From Tubulanus polymorphus (taxonomy: Eukaryota; Animalia; Nemertea): 64,000 nucleotides of DNA. Shown in pieces: positions 1-11,067 of this stretch (positions are counted from its first letter, which is position 1; each line of letters starts with the position of its first letter). Both the position numbers and the translations under genes were made by a program. The stretch is from positions 1,756,131-1,820,130 of the forward strand of contig NC_134033.1 of assembly GCF_964204645.1 (NCBI RefSeq), given 5' to 3'. The notes beneath the pieces are model-generated. The model did not search any database and had not been told where the DNA came from. It saw only the letters and a list, made by a program, of their open reading frames with translations.

Positions 1-1
1 G

Positions 2-502
2 CCGTACATAACTACCTACAAGTCTAGGATCACGTATCCATTGTTATCCATGGGTAAGCTATACCAGTGGCGCGTTTGGCTGTCGGAAGTTGTATTCTTC
101 TTTTCGATTTCCATGTTTGTACCGATGGTTGTCCTGTTGGTGACCAATTCGATCCTAGTCGGCGTCGTAGTCGTCGAGAAAATTCGCAGACGATACATCA
201 CGGCCGCGGCGGAAGAATCGTTCGCGAAGGAGTGGCGAATTCTACGAATGACCTTGACCGTCGTTATGGCGTACGTGCTACTGGAATTCATGGCGTTAAT
301 CGATCGAATGTCTACATTTAAAATCATTCACATCTCGTATACAAAAATTGTAAGACCGCTTCTCATAAGGAAGATCGGCATAGCGCTATCAATAGTGGAT
401 TCTTCGGTGAATTTTCTACTGTACTGCACCACAAACCGACAATTCATTAAAAATACGAAAGCCTTATTTTCATCGGGGAAATCCTTTCAGCAAGCCTCCT
501 GA
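2..502 (+). CDS. Rhodopsin-like (class A) GPCR, FMRFamide/peptide-receptor-like; 3' portion only (TM5-TM7 + helix 8), 5' end outside the window
   Basis: Frame is open from base 2 to TGA at 502. It contains TM5-like FSISMFVPMVVLLVTNSILV, TM6-like ILRMTLTVVMAYVLLEF and TM7 ALSIVDSSVNFLLYC followed by NRQF (helix 8), typical of expanded invertebrate peptide/chemoreceptor GPCRs. Confidence 0.8.
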   Translation, partial: PYITTYKSRITYPLLSMGKLYQWRVWLSEVVFFFSISMFVPMVVLLVTNSILVGVVVVEKIRRRYITAAAEESFAKEWRILRMTLTVVMAYVLLEFMALIDRMSTFKIIHISYTKIVRPLLIRKIGIALSIVDSSVNFLLYCTTNRQFIKNTKALFSSGKSFQQAS

Positions 503-1574
503 TGCCATGTTCAGGAGCCATCGTTCGACCGAAAAATACAGTTAAGTTACGTTCACTAAAGTTATGGATGCCAGCCGGTCAAGATAAACCTACGGTGAGA
601 CGTTATTAAAATCACACCGAGTATCCTAGCCGAGCATCGTTTTAGCACTGCCAATTACACTATTAATAATAGCGAATCGTGGATTCATAGATAGTTTAAA
701 AAATTCTTGAAGGGCACTAGATAATTCTCAAAGATTCAAATGACGACTCAATTCAAAAAGGGTAGACCAAAATTGTCAAAATATATACGATAAAGTGTGT
801 TACATTCTGCCAACAGTTCAGAATGAGCTCCCCGATATTTTGTTTAGATGACATTTCTCACGCCCGCACTAAAGAGGTTAAAGCAGCGGGAAATTATTAT
901 TCAGTTCTAGAATCCCTCGATTTGATACACAGAAAATGAACCATTTTTCCAAAGAATTTCATGGGTTTGGACACCAAACACCGGCGTAAAAGGGCTAAAT
1001 GGTTGGATGATACGACCAAATGATTTTTCGCGAATCCTCTTCAATATGCCTTGCCTTTGCCCCCGTCAGAAAATACACGTGCCCTTTTAATTAGTTCCAC
1101 CTGTCTGGATCCGCCCAAGTAATCGTTGGTCTATATATATTTTCCGGGGAAACCGACGATAGTATACTTGCAAGCCGAGTACGACAAATCACAAAAGATG
1201 GCGACGGGTAATAGAATTCGGAAAATCATTTGAAAGTATCTCCGAATCGTTTCTGAAAATCTCCACCTTATAGCACCAAGCAACTCTCGAATGAAATAAA
1301 ACGACTTAAACTCATCCGACGTTGTTCTCGATTTTGTCTTGTATATTCTTTCACGATCAAAACGTTCATAGCGTTACAATAACAACTTACGTTCCTGTTC
1401 AATGTGCTGCCATTTTGTGAAACACCGGGTACATACTCAGGTATGGGAACTTGCTACCCGGGTATGAACTCGGTCGTGCTCAACAGCTATAATCAAATAC
1501 TTACTTGGAATCAACTAAACAAGCTCATGAAAACAATAATCTATTAAAGAATTGCGCGAAAAGATAATAAAGGC

Positions 1575-1790
1575 TGAAAACATTTCCTTAAGCTAGTGGT
1601 GTTTATTCGACGTTTCGACTATATTCTTATAGCCATCTTGAGGAATACTGTTCACGGAGACTATACTAGAATAAAGTCGAAACGTTGAATAAACTACTAG
1701 TTAAAGGAAACATTTTCGGACTTGATATTTTTTTCGTTACTATTGTGGGAGTTTCTACATATTATCGTTACAACACGGATATTATAGTGT
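1575..1790. mobile_element. Penelope-like element remnant (inverted pseudo-LTR fragments) with a degenerate hammerhead motif
   Basis: Imperfect inverted repeat (tttattcgacgtttcgact ... agtcgaaacgttgaataaa). It shares attgtggga and acacggatatt with the 62.5-62.9 kb element. Hammerhead-like fold on the minus strand at 1604-1647. Confidence 0.55.
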
Positions 1791-2521
1791 TTTATCGATG
1801 GCTCTCGTCAAAACGCCTGAGGCCTGACACAAAACCCTACAGAATTGAGATCTCCGTCATAATTCTACAAGCCACCTTCGATGAAGCTTCGTCCAAATAA
1901 CATTGCGTCTCAAGCTGAACCTATATATAAATACTGCTGTGTGTGCTACAGGTGTTCACTGCGTAGGAATGCGCGTTATAAATCACACCTGGTCCCCGCG
2001 CAACATATTGTTAGATTAAGAATATGCTGTTCATGAAATGTAATTTAGAATTTTGTGTCATCAGTTTTTTTCTAATCTTTTCTTCGGCCGAATTAATTGC
2101 CAGATTTAATAGAAGAGTAGAAGAATTCACAAAGTCTTTATTACGTAATCGAGAACTGATCTCAGTTCTGACAACCAGGACTAAGGTCATAGATAATGAT
2201 GTAAAAATCTAGATGATTGAGAAAAGAAAAGCATTATGTACTACTAGATAAAGCTAGGCCAGTTTTCCAATTATGGTTTAGTTTTAACATAGGTCTAAGA
2301 CCATATTTGTTACAGTGCCAGTCTAATAGCTATAGGTGAGTCTTAAGATTTGAAGACCACTTTTTGACTTCAAATTACACCGTGCCCTAGTGTCGGTTAC
2401 ACTAAATTCTAAGACCATCCAAGTTCTGAAGCCAGTCTAATGATTTAAGACCACTTTTGGAGTAACGACTCAACTATGGAACGGTTCTTCGTGACCCAGT
2501 TCCGAAGTACTAACGACCATG

Positions 2522-2818
2522 AGGCCGGTTGCATAGTCATGGCTTAGACTTAAGACCGTTCTAAGAACAATTTAGTTCTATAGCCAATCTTACAACTTAA
2601 GACCAGTCTTAAGATTTAAAACCACTTTTGGACTTTTAAGTCACGACTGTGCAACTGGCCCCAGGGGCCAGTTGCATAGTCATGGCTTAGACTTAAGACC
2701 ATTCTAAGAACAACTTTTCATCTTAAAAACTGAAAAGTCTTAAGATTTAAGATTTTAAGACCAGTCTTAAGATTTAAGACGCACTTTTAGACGTAAGTCA
2801 CGACTGTGCAACTGGCCC
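2522..2818. mobile_element. Two tandem PIF/Harbinger-like MITEs (2522-2661, 2665-2818), family A
   Basis: Imperfect TIRs GGGCCAGTTGCA(T/C)AGTC(A/G)TG(G/A)CTT. The second copy is flanked by a perfect CAG target-site duplication (2662-2664 and 2819-2821). Confidence 0.75.
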
Positions 2819-3120
2819 CAGGGCATCAGCCAATCTGACTGGTAAAACGACCAGTCTTAGGATTTAACGCCGGCTGCTCTGAATTTCTTGAATGATAATT
2901 TCAAACAAGACAAAACAGAAAAAAAAGTTTCTGTGTCTAAAGTCACCGGTAACAGTTATGAATTAGGCGACGCAAACTGCACGTGTCATTTGCAGAACTG
3001 GAACTAGCCCACACAGAAGCGTCACATGTACCGAAAACAATATACGGCCATTTTTTATCGTGTCATTTGTTGACGATCGTTACGACTCGAATATTAATCA
3101 GTTATCGACTCTCTTGTGTA

Positions 3121-3180
3121 TATAAACCCGCGACGAGCAGACGGATTCTGTATCGAAAAAGCGGCGTTAGGTGTTTTCAG
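3121..3180 (+). promoter_or_regulatory. TATA box and short non-coding first exon of Gly-rich gene 1
   Basis: TATAAA at 3121-3126; donor CAG|GTAAGC at 3180/3181; acceptor tttacAG at 3627, just before ATG 3630. All four paralogues share this layout. Confidence 0.6.
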
Positions 3181-3629
3181 GTAAGCACAATATATAGAGC
3201 GACACAAGTCAGATACATACGTATGTAGGCCTACGCTGGATGGCTCCATTCCGCATTGGATGCAAACCGGATCCAGGGTTCGAAAGTTGTGAGTTGAGTT
3301 TTGAGTCAGAGTTAACATTCAACTAAACTTTAGCCCTGATCTGAGGAACTGGAGGCCGGTTCTTTCACAGTCGTGAGTTTTGACTTGACTCACTGACAGA
3401 GTTATTAATTCACAACTGTGGAACTGGATCCTGGGCTTCGCAAAAAATTCGCAAATTCTAAGTAATCTATCGGGAGCGAATTCAAATTTAAAAGATTCAA
3501 TAATTCGGAGTTGAACAATTTTTTTCCGGTGAAATTAGCCGAATTTTATCGATATTATCATTGTATTCTGGAGTTTCCTATTCTTGTGAAATTCTCAGAT
3601 CTCGAATCGTTATTTTCTGTTTTACAGCA

Positions 3630-5035
3630 ATGAAATTAGCGATCTTCGTCTTAGGCCTGGTGTCCGTCACCAGCGCCTCATACTACGGTAAACCATTCAT
3701 CCCCTTTACTGAAATACTCATTTCATCAACATCAATTCATATTTCCTTACGAAGATCCTTTAATAATAATCATGCTCATATCACAGTTAGAATTTTTTAA
3801 ACATTATTTGTATTCAGGCTACAGCCCTGGTTACGGCGGTGCGTACGGTGGTAGTCAGTACGGATATGGAGGAGCAGGAGCTGGATATGGAGGTGCAGGA
3901 TATGGAGGAGGCGGATACGGAGGAGGTGGATACGGAGGAGCAGGATATGGAGGAGCAGGATATGGAGGAGCAGGATACGGAGGTTAGTTGCAAGCCCCTA
4001 CGAGCAAATTATCCTATTGATATCAAAAGATGGTTGCTTATATCGTGTCAAATAGATATGCCTTGTTTCTTATTTCCGGGGGATGGAATATTGGCAGAAA
4101 TAAAAAGAGGGCGATTAGTTCCAACTAAGCCCAATTGGCGATTTTAGAAATAAAAACTGAGAATTCGCTGGCTTGCTAAAGGGGTCTTTTACTGTTAATT
4201 TTGTTTCCAACTTCACAAGATCGGCCATCGATAGCCGGGCCACCGAAATTGGAGGAAACGAAATTTTCGAAGAATCTGATGATCCACCCAGAAACATTTG
4301 AGTACCATATGATTTGTTCCGTCAACCAATTTCCTAAACCTTTTTGAGATAACGGTCTTATATGAGCACAACATTGTTTCTTTTGTTGATTGACTGAACC
4401 ATAATGTTCCTATTTCAGGATATCCTGGGTACGGAAATGGTGGATACTACTATCCGGGAGGACGCGGTGGTGGTGCTTATGGCGGAAACTACGGAGGCCA
4501 AGGATCCCAGGGCGGCTACCAGAACAGTGGAGGTGGCGGCTACCAGGGAGCGGAAGCTCAAAGCCAATACGGCGGCATTGGAAACCAGAACCAAAACACC
4601 TACAATCAAGGTGGTGCCACTGGTGCTCAGAGTAACTACGGAGGAGTTCAATCGCACGGTGCTATGGCTGGCAACAGAAATAAACAAGGCTACGGCGCTA
4701 TGCACGGTCAGGGATCGAGCGGAGGATACCACAAGACTACTGACACCGGTTGGGGAAGCCAAGGATCCATCGCCACCAAAGGAGGATACGTCGACCAAAA
4801 CGCTTATGCCGGCAATAATGCTTACGGTGCTGGAGGTGGAAGCCAATCTCACGGATCTAGCGGTCACGCAGTCGGAGGCGGAAGCCAAAACAACTACGCC
4901 ATGGGAGGCACTTCGCAAACTCAAAACCAAGGAGGTTATACCGGAGGTCAGTCTGCAGGAACCGGTGCACAAGGCAGTGGTGGTGGTAGCTATCACGGTA
5001 CTAACTATGGTGCCACTCCTGGTTACTATGGATAA
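3630..5035 (+). CDS. Secreted Gly/Tyr/Gln/Asn-rich protein, paralogue 1 (279 aa; GGAGY repeats + conserved DTGW domain)
   Basis: join(3630..3687,3818..3982,4419..5035), GT-AG, both introns phase 1, 840 nt. Signal peptide MKLAIFVLGLVSVTSA, then SYYG, (GGAGY/GGGGY)n and the conserved domain, ending PGYYG*. AATAAA at 5232. Confidence 0.85.
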
Positions 5036-6062
5036 AAAGCGCCAGATTTTAGTAAGTAGCGATCAACAAGCAGTTTATCTAACTAACTCAATACCAGTGG
5101 GAGCATTTCTTAATCACTCGCCCTCGGTAGGTTATACATTACCTAGGCTATGATCCATTTCAGGAGTGAACGTTATCAAAGAAAAGACGAAACAGCCAAT
5201 TACGATTTCAAAAATTGTTATCTATCAAAAAAATAAAATTGTTGAACCGCAAAATATCTTCGTATTCATGTGGCTCGTATGTTCTTGGCCAAACTGATAC
5301 TTTCATTTAAAATATGGAAAATTCCGCCAGTCACGATATCTCAAGACGAAAGCGTCTCTGCCCATATCAATCCTGAAACCCCCTCGAAGCGGTCGCAGGT
5401 TGGACAGGCCAGGAACCTGTTAATCCCTTAGAGCTGTAAATGCTGTGGAGTGCAGGATCCTTAATAGTCTGGAGCCACTCTCGCGAACAGTCGATACTCT
5501 ATCACCATTCTTAGTTATTCGGAGCCATCCCCTTAGAATTTACGGTACACTATCAGCATTCCAGGTATACAAGTCTCCGCCTCACACATTTCGAATCGCA
5601 AATGGAATACAAACGCATTATTGACTGTCAAGATATCATGGCAAACACCGAAGAAGCTTAAACTACAGAAACAAAAAAATCAATGAAATTGAACGGTTAG
5701 AACAAACATTTCACACAACAGACTCATATAGGTTGTTTCTACCAGAAAATCATCGCCATCTTTGGATAATTGGAAGGCCGAGGTCCAGACGAAATAATGG
5801 CATTTCTCGAAAAGAGTAGCCACGTTAATGGCCTCAATTGGGATTGCATCCTCGGTTTAAAATTTTTCCGAAGAGATTCATCCTAAAAAGATGCAGTTTC
5901 CAAGAGGATGAGTGCCAAATTCACGCGGTTTAACAATTTTCATCTGGACGAAAAAGTGCCACCTCAATGGGAAAGCAGGGGTCCGAACCCAACCCCTGAG
6001 ACCACCCCCTAAATCCGCCCCTACAATATCCACGAACCATGAAGACTGGAACAGTGACCGTA

Positions 6063-6176
6063 TCTAAAACTAGGACCTAATCTACAACTGACCACCGATC
6101 TAAAACTAGGACCTAATCTACAACTGACCACCGATCTAAAACTAGGACCTAATCTACAACTGACCACCGATCTTAA
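6063..6176. repeat. 36-bp tandem repeat, ~3 copies
   Basis: tctaaaactaggacctaatctacaactgaccaccga at 6063, 6099, 6135. Confidence 0.85.
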
Positions 6177-6481
6177 ACTGTCCCCTTCGGTCGACATACT
6201 GTTTACCGAACGCCATTAATCCTTACACCACGTTACGTAAGCACGCACTTTTAGTAAACGACTTCTCGGAAACAACAACACGTTTCACTATAATAATTGC
6301 CAGTAGTAAATCTTACCCGGTTAGAACCTACATCTTACAACATGTGATATTGAAATGAACTAAGTGGAATACAAGCTGCACGCTCGCACCAGCCGAATGG
6401 AGAAAAACTAAAACTAAAATCCCTTTGATTTATTCCACATATTGAGGTCATCGTCGAGCACATAAAAAAGATTCATGTCCG

Positions 6482-6617
6482 AACGACCATTGTCTAGTGC
6501 TGTCGGTAACAGCCCTTTCACACAATGAATCAACGATGTTTATTGATGCGAAATTGTATAAATACCCAGTGTTTGTTTCATTAGACAGTGACTAAGCGCA
6601 CACTACAGATCGTATAG
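6482..6617 (+). promoter_or_regulatory. Promoter block, TATA box and non-coding exon 1 of Gly-rich gene 2
   Basis: 31-nt block 6482-6512 matches 10544-10574 at 30/31; TATAAAT at 6557; donor AG|GTAAGT at 6617/6618. Confidence 0.65.
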
Positions 6618-6941
6618 GTAAGTTTGTAACGCTTCTTCCGTCGGTTATCAAGGACATCATTAGGCTGATGATACCTTCTTGATATAAAAAGCTGGACTCA
6701 GTTCCATAGTTGTGGATTTAATTTGAAAATAAGCCAAGTTTTCGTCACGGTAATGTGGGTTCAATTCGTCCACAGTGTTATGGGTTCAATTTGGCTCTGG
6801 AACCTCATCCACAGTTGCGTGGGTTTAATTTGGTTCATTTATATTCCTTAACGAACTATTTGACGACTCAAACTCTGACACCGGTAGAAATGGGTTCTTA
6901 TGTACTGTTATTGTGCGCTGGATTTGTTTCAGTTTCGCAAG

Positions 6942-8470
6942 ATGAAGTTGGCCTTGCTACTCGCAGCCCTCGTGGCCGGAATCAGTGCATCATACTATGG
7001 TAAATGACGTTTAAGAAAAAAATGTTCATTCAGTAACAACCAAAACTAACGAGGAGGGTAATCCTCGTCATCTCCTCAACTTGATTAATGTTGTCGTGAC
7101 GGTTTCCATATCTAACGGTTGAACGTAGGTAGACAAATAGTACTTTGAGGGTTAACTTGATTTTTATCCAAACGTTCGGGCTTAAAGCTATTATTAACTT
7201 CATCGGGCATATCGGCATCGAATACGGTCAATGCAGAAATAAAAACGGTAATTGTAGGAAGTTGAGACTAGTTAGAGAATATTGAGTGGGCGGAGTAATT
7301 ATGAATGAATATTTGAAGTAGCTGTCTGTCCTTCAGATTAACTGAATCGATGCAAGGTTAACACAGCTCATGTACAACACACTCATCGTATCTAACATTG
7401 GAAATAAAGTGTGAAAATACAAGAATCCTAGATTGACTAATGCCCCATTTACCTCTCCGTGAAGACTATTGTTCATTGGTCATGTTTACTGTCAATAACT
7501 GAATATCCTTATTTTTGCAGGGGGAATGGGAGGTGGATATGGCGGAATGGGAGGTGGAATGGGCGGATACGGTGTAGGAGGGGGAATGGGCGGATATGGT
7601 GTAGGAGGTGGAATGGGCGGATACGGTGTAGGAGGTGGAATGGGCGGATACGGAGTGGGAGGTGGAATGGGAGGTGGATACGGAATAGGAGGTGGAATGG
7701 GCGGTGGATACGGAATGGGAGGTGGAATGGGCGGTGGATACGGAATGGGAGGTGTAGGAGGTATGGGAGGTATGGGTGGTGGATACGGCATGGGAGGTGT
7801 AGGAGCAGGAACTGGAGCAGCTGGAGCTGGTACTGGAGGATATGGAGTGGGAGGAATGGGAGGTGCTGGAGGATACGGAGGTGTGGGAGGTGGTCTGGTT
7901 GGCGGTGCTGGAGGAGGATCTTATGGAGGCCAAGGCAGTCAGGGTGGATTCACCCAATCAGGAGGTGGAGCTCAAGGCAGTGCTGGTGCCCAATCCCAAC
8001 ATGGCGGTGTCGGAAGCCAAGGCCAGGGTGGATTCAGCAACGGCGGCGCTCAAAGCGGCCAAAGCAACTTCGGAGGAGTCCAATCGCACGGAGCTATGGC
8101 CGGTAACAAAAATCGCCAAGGCTTCGGCATGATGACAGGTCAAGGATCAAGCGGAGGATTCCATAGAAAGAGTGATACCGGTTGGGGAAGCCAAGGATCT
8201 ATCGGCACCAAAGGAGGTTTCGTCGACCAAGCCGCTTATGCTGCTAATAATGCTCACGGTGCCGGAGGCGGAAGCCAAGCTCACGGATCTCACGGTCACG
8301 CAGTCGGAGGCGGAAGCCAAAACAACTACGCCATGGGAGGAACCTCGCAAACTCAAAACCAAGGAGGTTATACCGGAGGTCAAACTGCAGGAACTGGTGC
8401 ACAAGGCAGCGGCGGTGGTTCTTTCGGTGCTAATAACTTTGGCGCCACTGGTTACGGTTACGGCCGTTAA
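6942..8470 (+). CDS. Secreted Gly/Met/Tyr-rich protein, paralogue 2 (335 aa; GGGMGGYGV repeats + conserved DTGW domain)
   Basis: join(6942..6999,7521..8470), phase-1 GT-AG intron, 1008 nt. Signal peptide MKLALLLAALVAGISA, then SYYG; ends GYGYGR*. Confidence 0.88.
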
Positions 8471-9383
8471 TAAGTTATAAAACAAACGTGTAAGTACGAA
8501 AAACAACTAAACCACAAAAACCTCAGAATTTCATCATCCAAATTCTAATTGTTTTTATCTAACATCGACATCATTAAATTATCTAATGATTCTATAGATA
8601 CGTTAAAGGCTACTTTCATGAAAGTGCCTATAACATCACGATATGGCTAACTGCCTTCGTTTAAAAGAAACAGCAGCCTCTACCAAACTCCCAACTCCCT
8701 GATTGATTCATCTAATGATTTTAACGCACTCTTCCACAAAGGATGGTTGACTCTGATCGCCCCAAGGCATCAAGAACTGATCCCTTCCAAGTATCATATC
8801 ACGGCCAGTACTTGTGGAAACAAGACAAAAAGAAAACCAATTTGAAAATGCTAGAGCCTTCCATAAGAAAATTGCCATTTACGTCATTATCAAACTTCTT
8901 GCCTTTCTCCAAAAATATTGTTACCACCATAACTATGCCTATGACATCGTTAAATTGTCAGTAATTGCATATAACGAAATAACTCGGGCAGCCTCATATT
9001 TGATTATTCTCATGTGCCCTGTGTTAATCTCTTTTCCAGGGTTAGTACACTTTTGATTCTCACTTCTTTCTCAGCACGGACACTACTCCTTAGTTCCGTT
9101 ATCGTGATGCGTGATGCAGTGTGGACGTTTCAGTCGTCGAACGTTTTCAATTGTGCACTCTCTTTCTTTATCTTTGGTCGTCTCAGAATGAGATAAATAA
9201 AACAAGAATTTGAATTAAAAAAAACTACGACGATGATATTCAGTTTGTTCAGTTGTTTTGATTTTCTGATTAAGTGGTGATTCGGCTTGAGGAACATGGC
9301 GACGACGTTGGTTGTACAATTCAGGAGCTCGAAACATTGAACAGCAACTTGATGACCTCAAAGGAAGGACAATCAATAAGCCG

Positions 9384-9830
9384 GGGCCATTTGCAAAGGC
9401 AGCGTAACTTAAGACCGTGTCTCAACTCATTTTGGTTCTATAACCGATCTAACAACTTAAGACCAGTCTAAGCTCATTTTGGTTCTATAACCAATCTAGC
9501 AACTTAAGACCAGTCTCGGCTCATTTTGGTTCTATAACCAATCTAACAACTTAAGACCAGTCTAAGCTCATTTTGGTTCTATAACCAATCTAACAACTTA
9601 AGACCAGTCTCGCAGCTCATATTGGTTCTATTACCAATCTAACAAGTTGAGAATATAGCCCAAACAATTCATGGTTCTATAGCCCATAACAACTTGAGAC
9701 CATGTTGTGCTCAATTTGGTTTTATAGCCAATCTAACAACCTAAGTCCAGTCTTAAAACTCACATTATTAGTTCTATAGCCAATCGAACAACTTAAGACT
9801 ACCCTTCGATTTAAACCAAATTGGGCGTAA
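9384..9830. mobile_element. Family-A MITE with an internal ~45-bp tandem array
   Basis: Starts gggccatttgca; about 8 units of ctcattttggttctataaccaatctaacaacttaagaccagtctaag. Confidence 0.65.
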
Positions 9831-10543
9831 TTAACTGTTTTATTCAATCCATTTCGACCCAGACAAAGCAGAAATGAGCTTCTCAGAGCTTAAACTTCAG
9901 CGGTACTGAAAACATGCCATGCCTCGTCAGCCGACACTTTTGTTAGTGTTGCACTCATCAATTAGTCTTGTAGATAAAATGTACTAAAAATGTTTAAAAA
10001 AGAGGTAGAATATGTCCTAGCTAGACGTGAGCATACGTCGCTTGGAGTGCCATGTTGGAAATAAACTATAACACGCCATTCAAGCAAATCATCTTGTCTG
10101 TCTGTAATTCCCAAACCTGTTGAAGGTTTCAGACGACTATAGACCGAAGCCAGCCTCAAACTCACGCAGGCGTGGGATACTGTATAACGGCTTAACGAGC
10201 GAAACGAGTGCGGTAAAACAATCATCACTGAGTCGCGCGATTTCAATCAAGTCTTTCACTAAACTAAATGGTTACCACGATCCGAGTTGTTCTATAGGTT
10301 AACTATCTTATTTGACGCACAAGCTTTCGCTAGGTAGAGTACAGTAGCTTCATCTGGTGAATGAGTGAGTGTGATATTCTACGAATCTATGACAATGTTG
10401 CTATCATTGAGAAACAGATATTTCGAAGTAAAGCACTCATTCGAAAGTGAACTACTCCTTTAAAGCGTCTGCAGAGAAATGAAAGGGGAAGAATGTTGTG
10501 GATTTATTACGCAAACGGAGCCCATTAAAGAAATTCGTGCCCT

Positions 10544-10680
10544 AACGACCATTGTCTAGCGCTGTCGGTAACAGACCTTTCTACCATGAATCAAGGCAAT
10601 GTTTATAGGCGGCAAATCGTATAAATACGACACCTTGATTTTATCTCATAGTGACGAAGCGCGCACTTTACTGAACATAG
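10544..10680 (+). promoter_or_regulatory. Promoter block, TATA box and non-coding exon 1 of Gly-rich gene 3
   Basis: Conserved block 10544-10574; TATAAAT at 10620; donor AG|GTAAGT at 10680/10681. Confidence 0.65.
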
Positions 10681-11067
10681 GTAAGTTGGCAAAATCTTTT
10701 CTAAAGGTAAAAAAGTAATTAAGTCGAGGTCCTTTTGGAAACGCAATCAAAATCGCGGGGTGATGTTCTGGACCCAGTGTGTGGGTTTTATTTGACTCGG
10801 GATCCAGTTCCACAGTTGTGTGGGTTTTAATTTCACTCTAAATCCAATTCGACAGTTATGGAGATTTGGTTTGCCTCTGGACTCAGTTCCACAGTTGTAT
10901 GGGTGTAATTTCACTCTAGATCCAATTATATAGTTTTTCTGGGCTTAATTTGATTCCAGTTTATTTTGATTATTCATTCTTTTCCTAGTCGAACATTTCA
11001 AAGTCTGCTTGATGTTTAGTACGAATGTGTACTTTAAAAAGGTGCAATTTTGTTTCAGTTTCACAAG

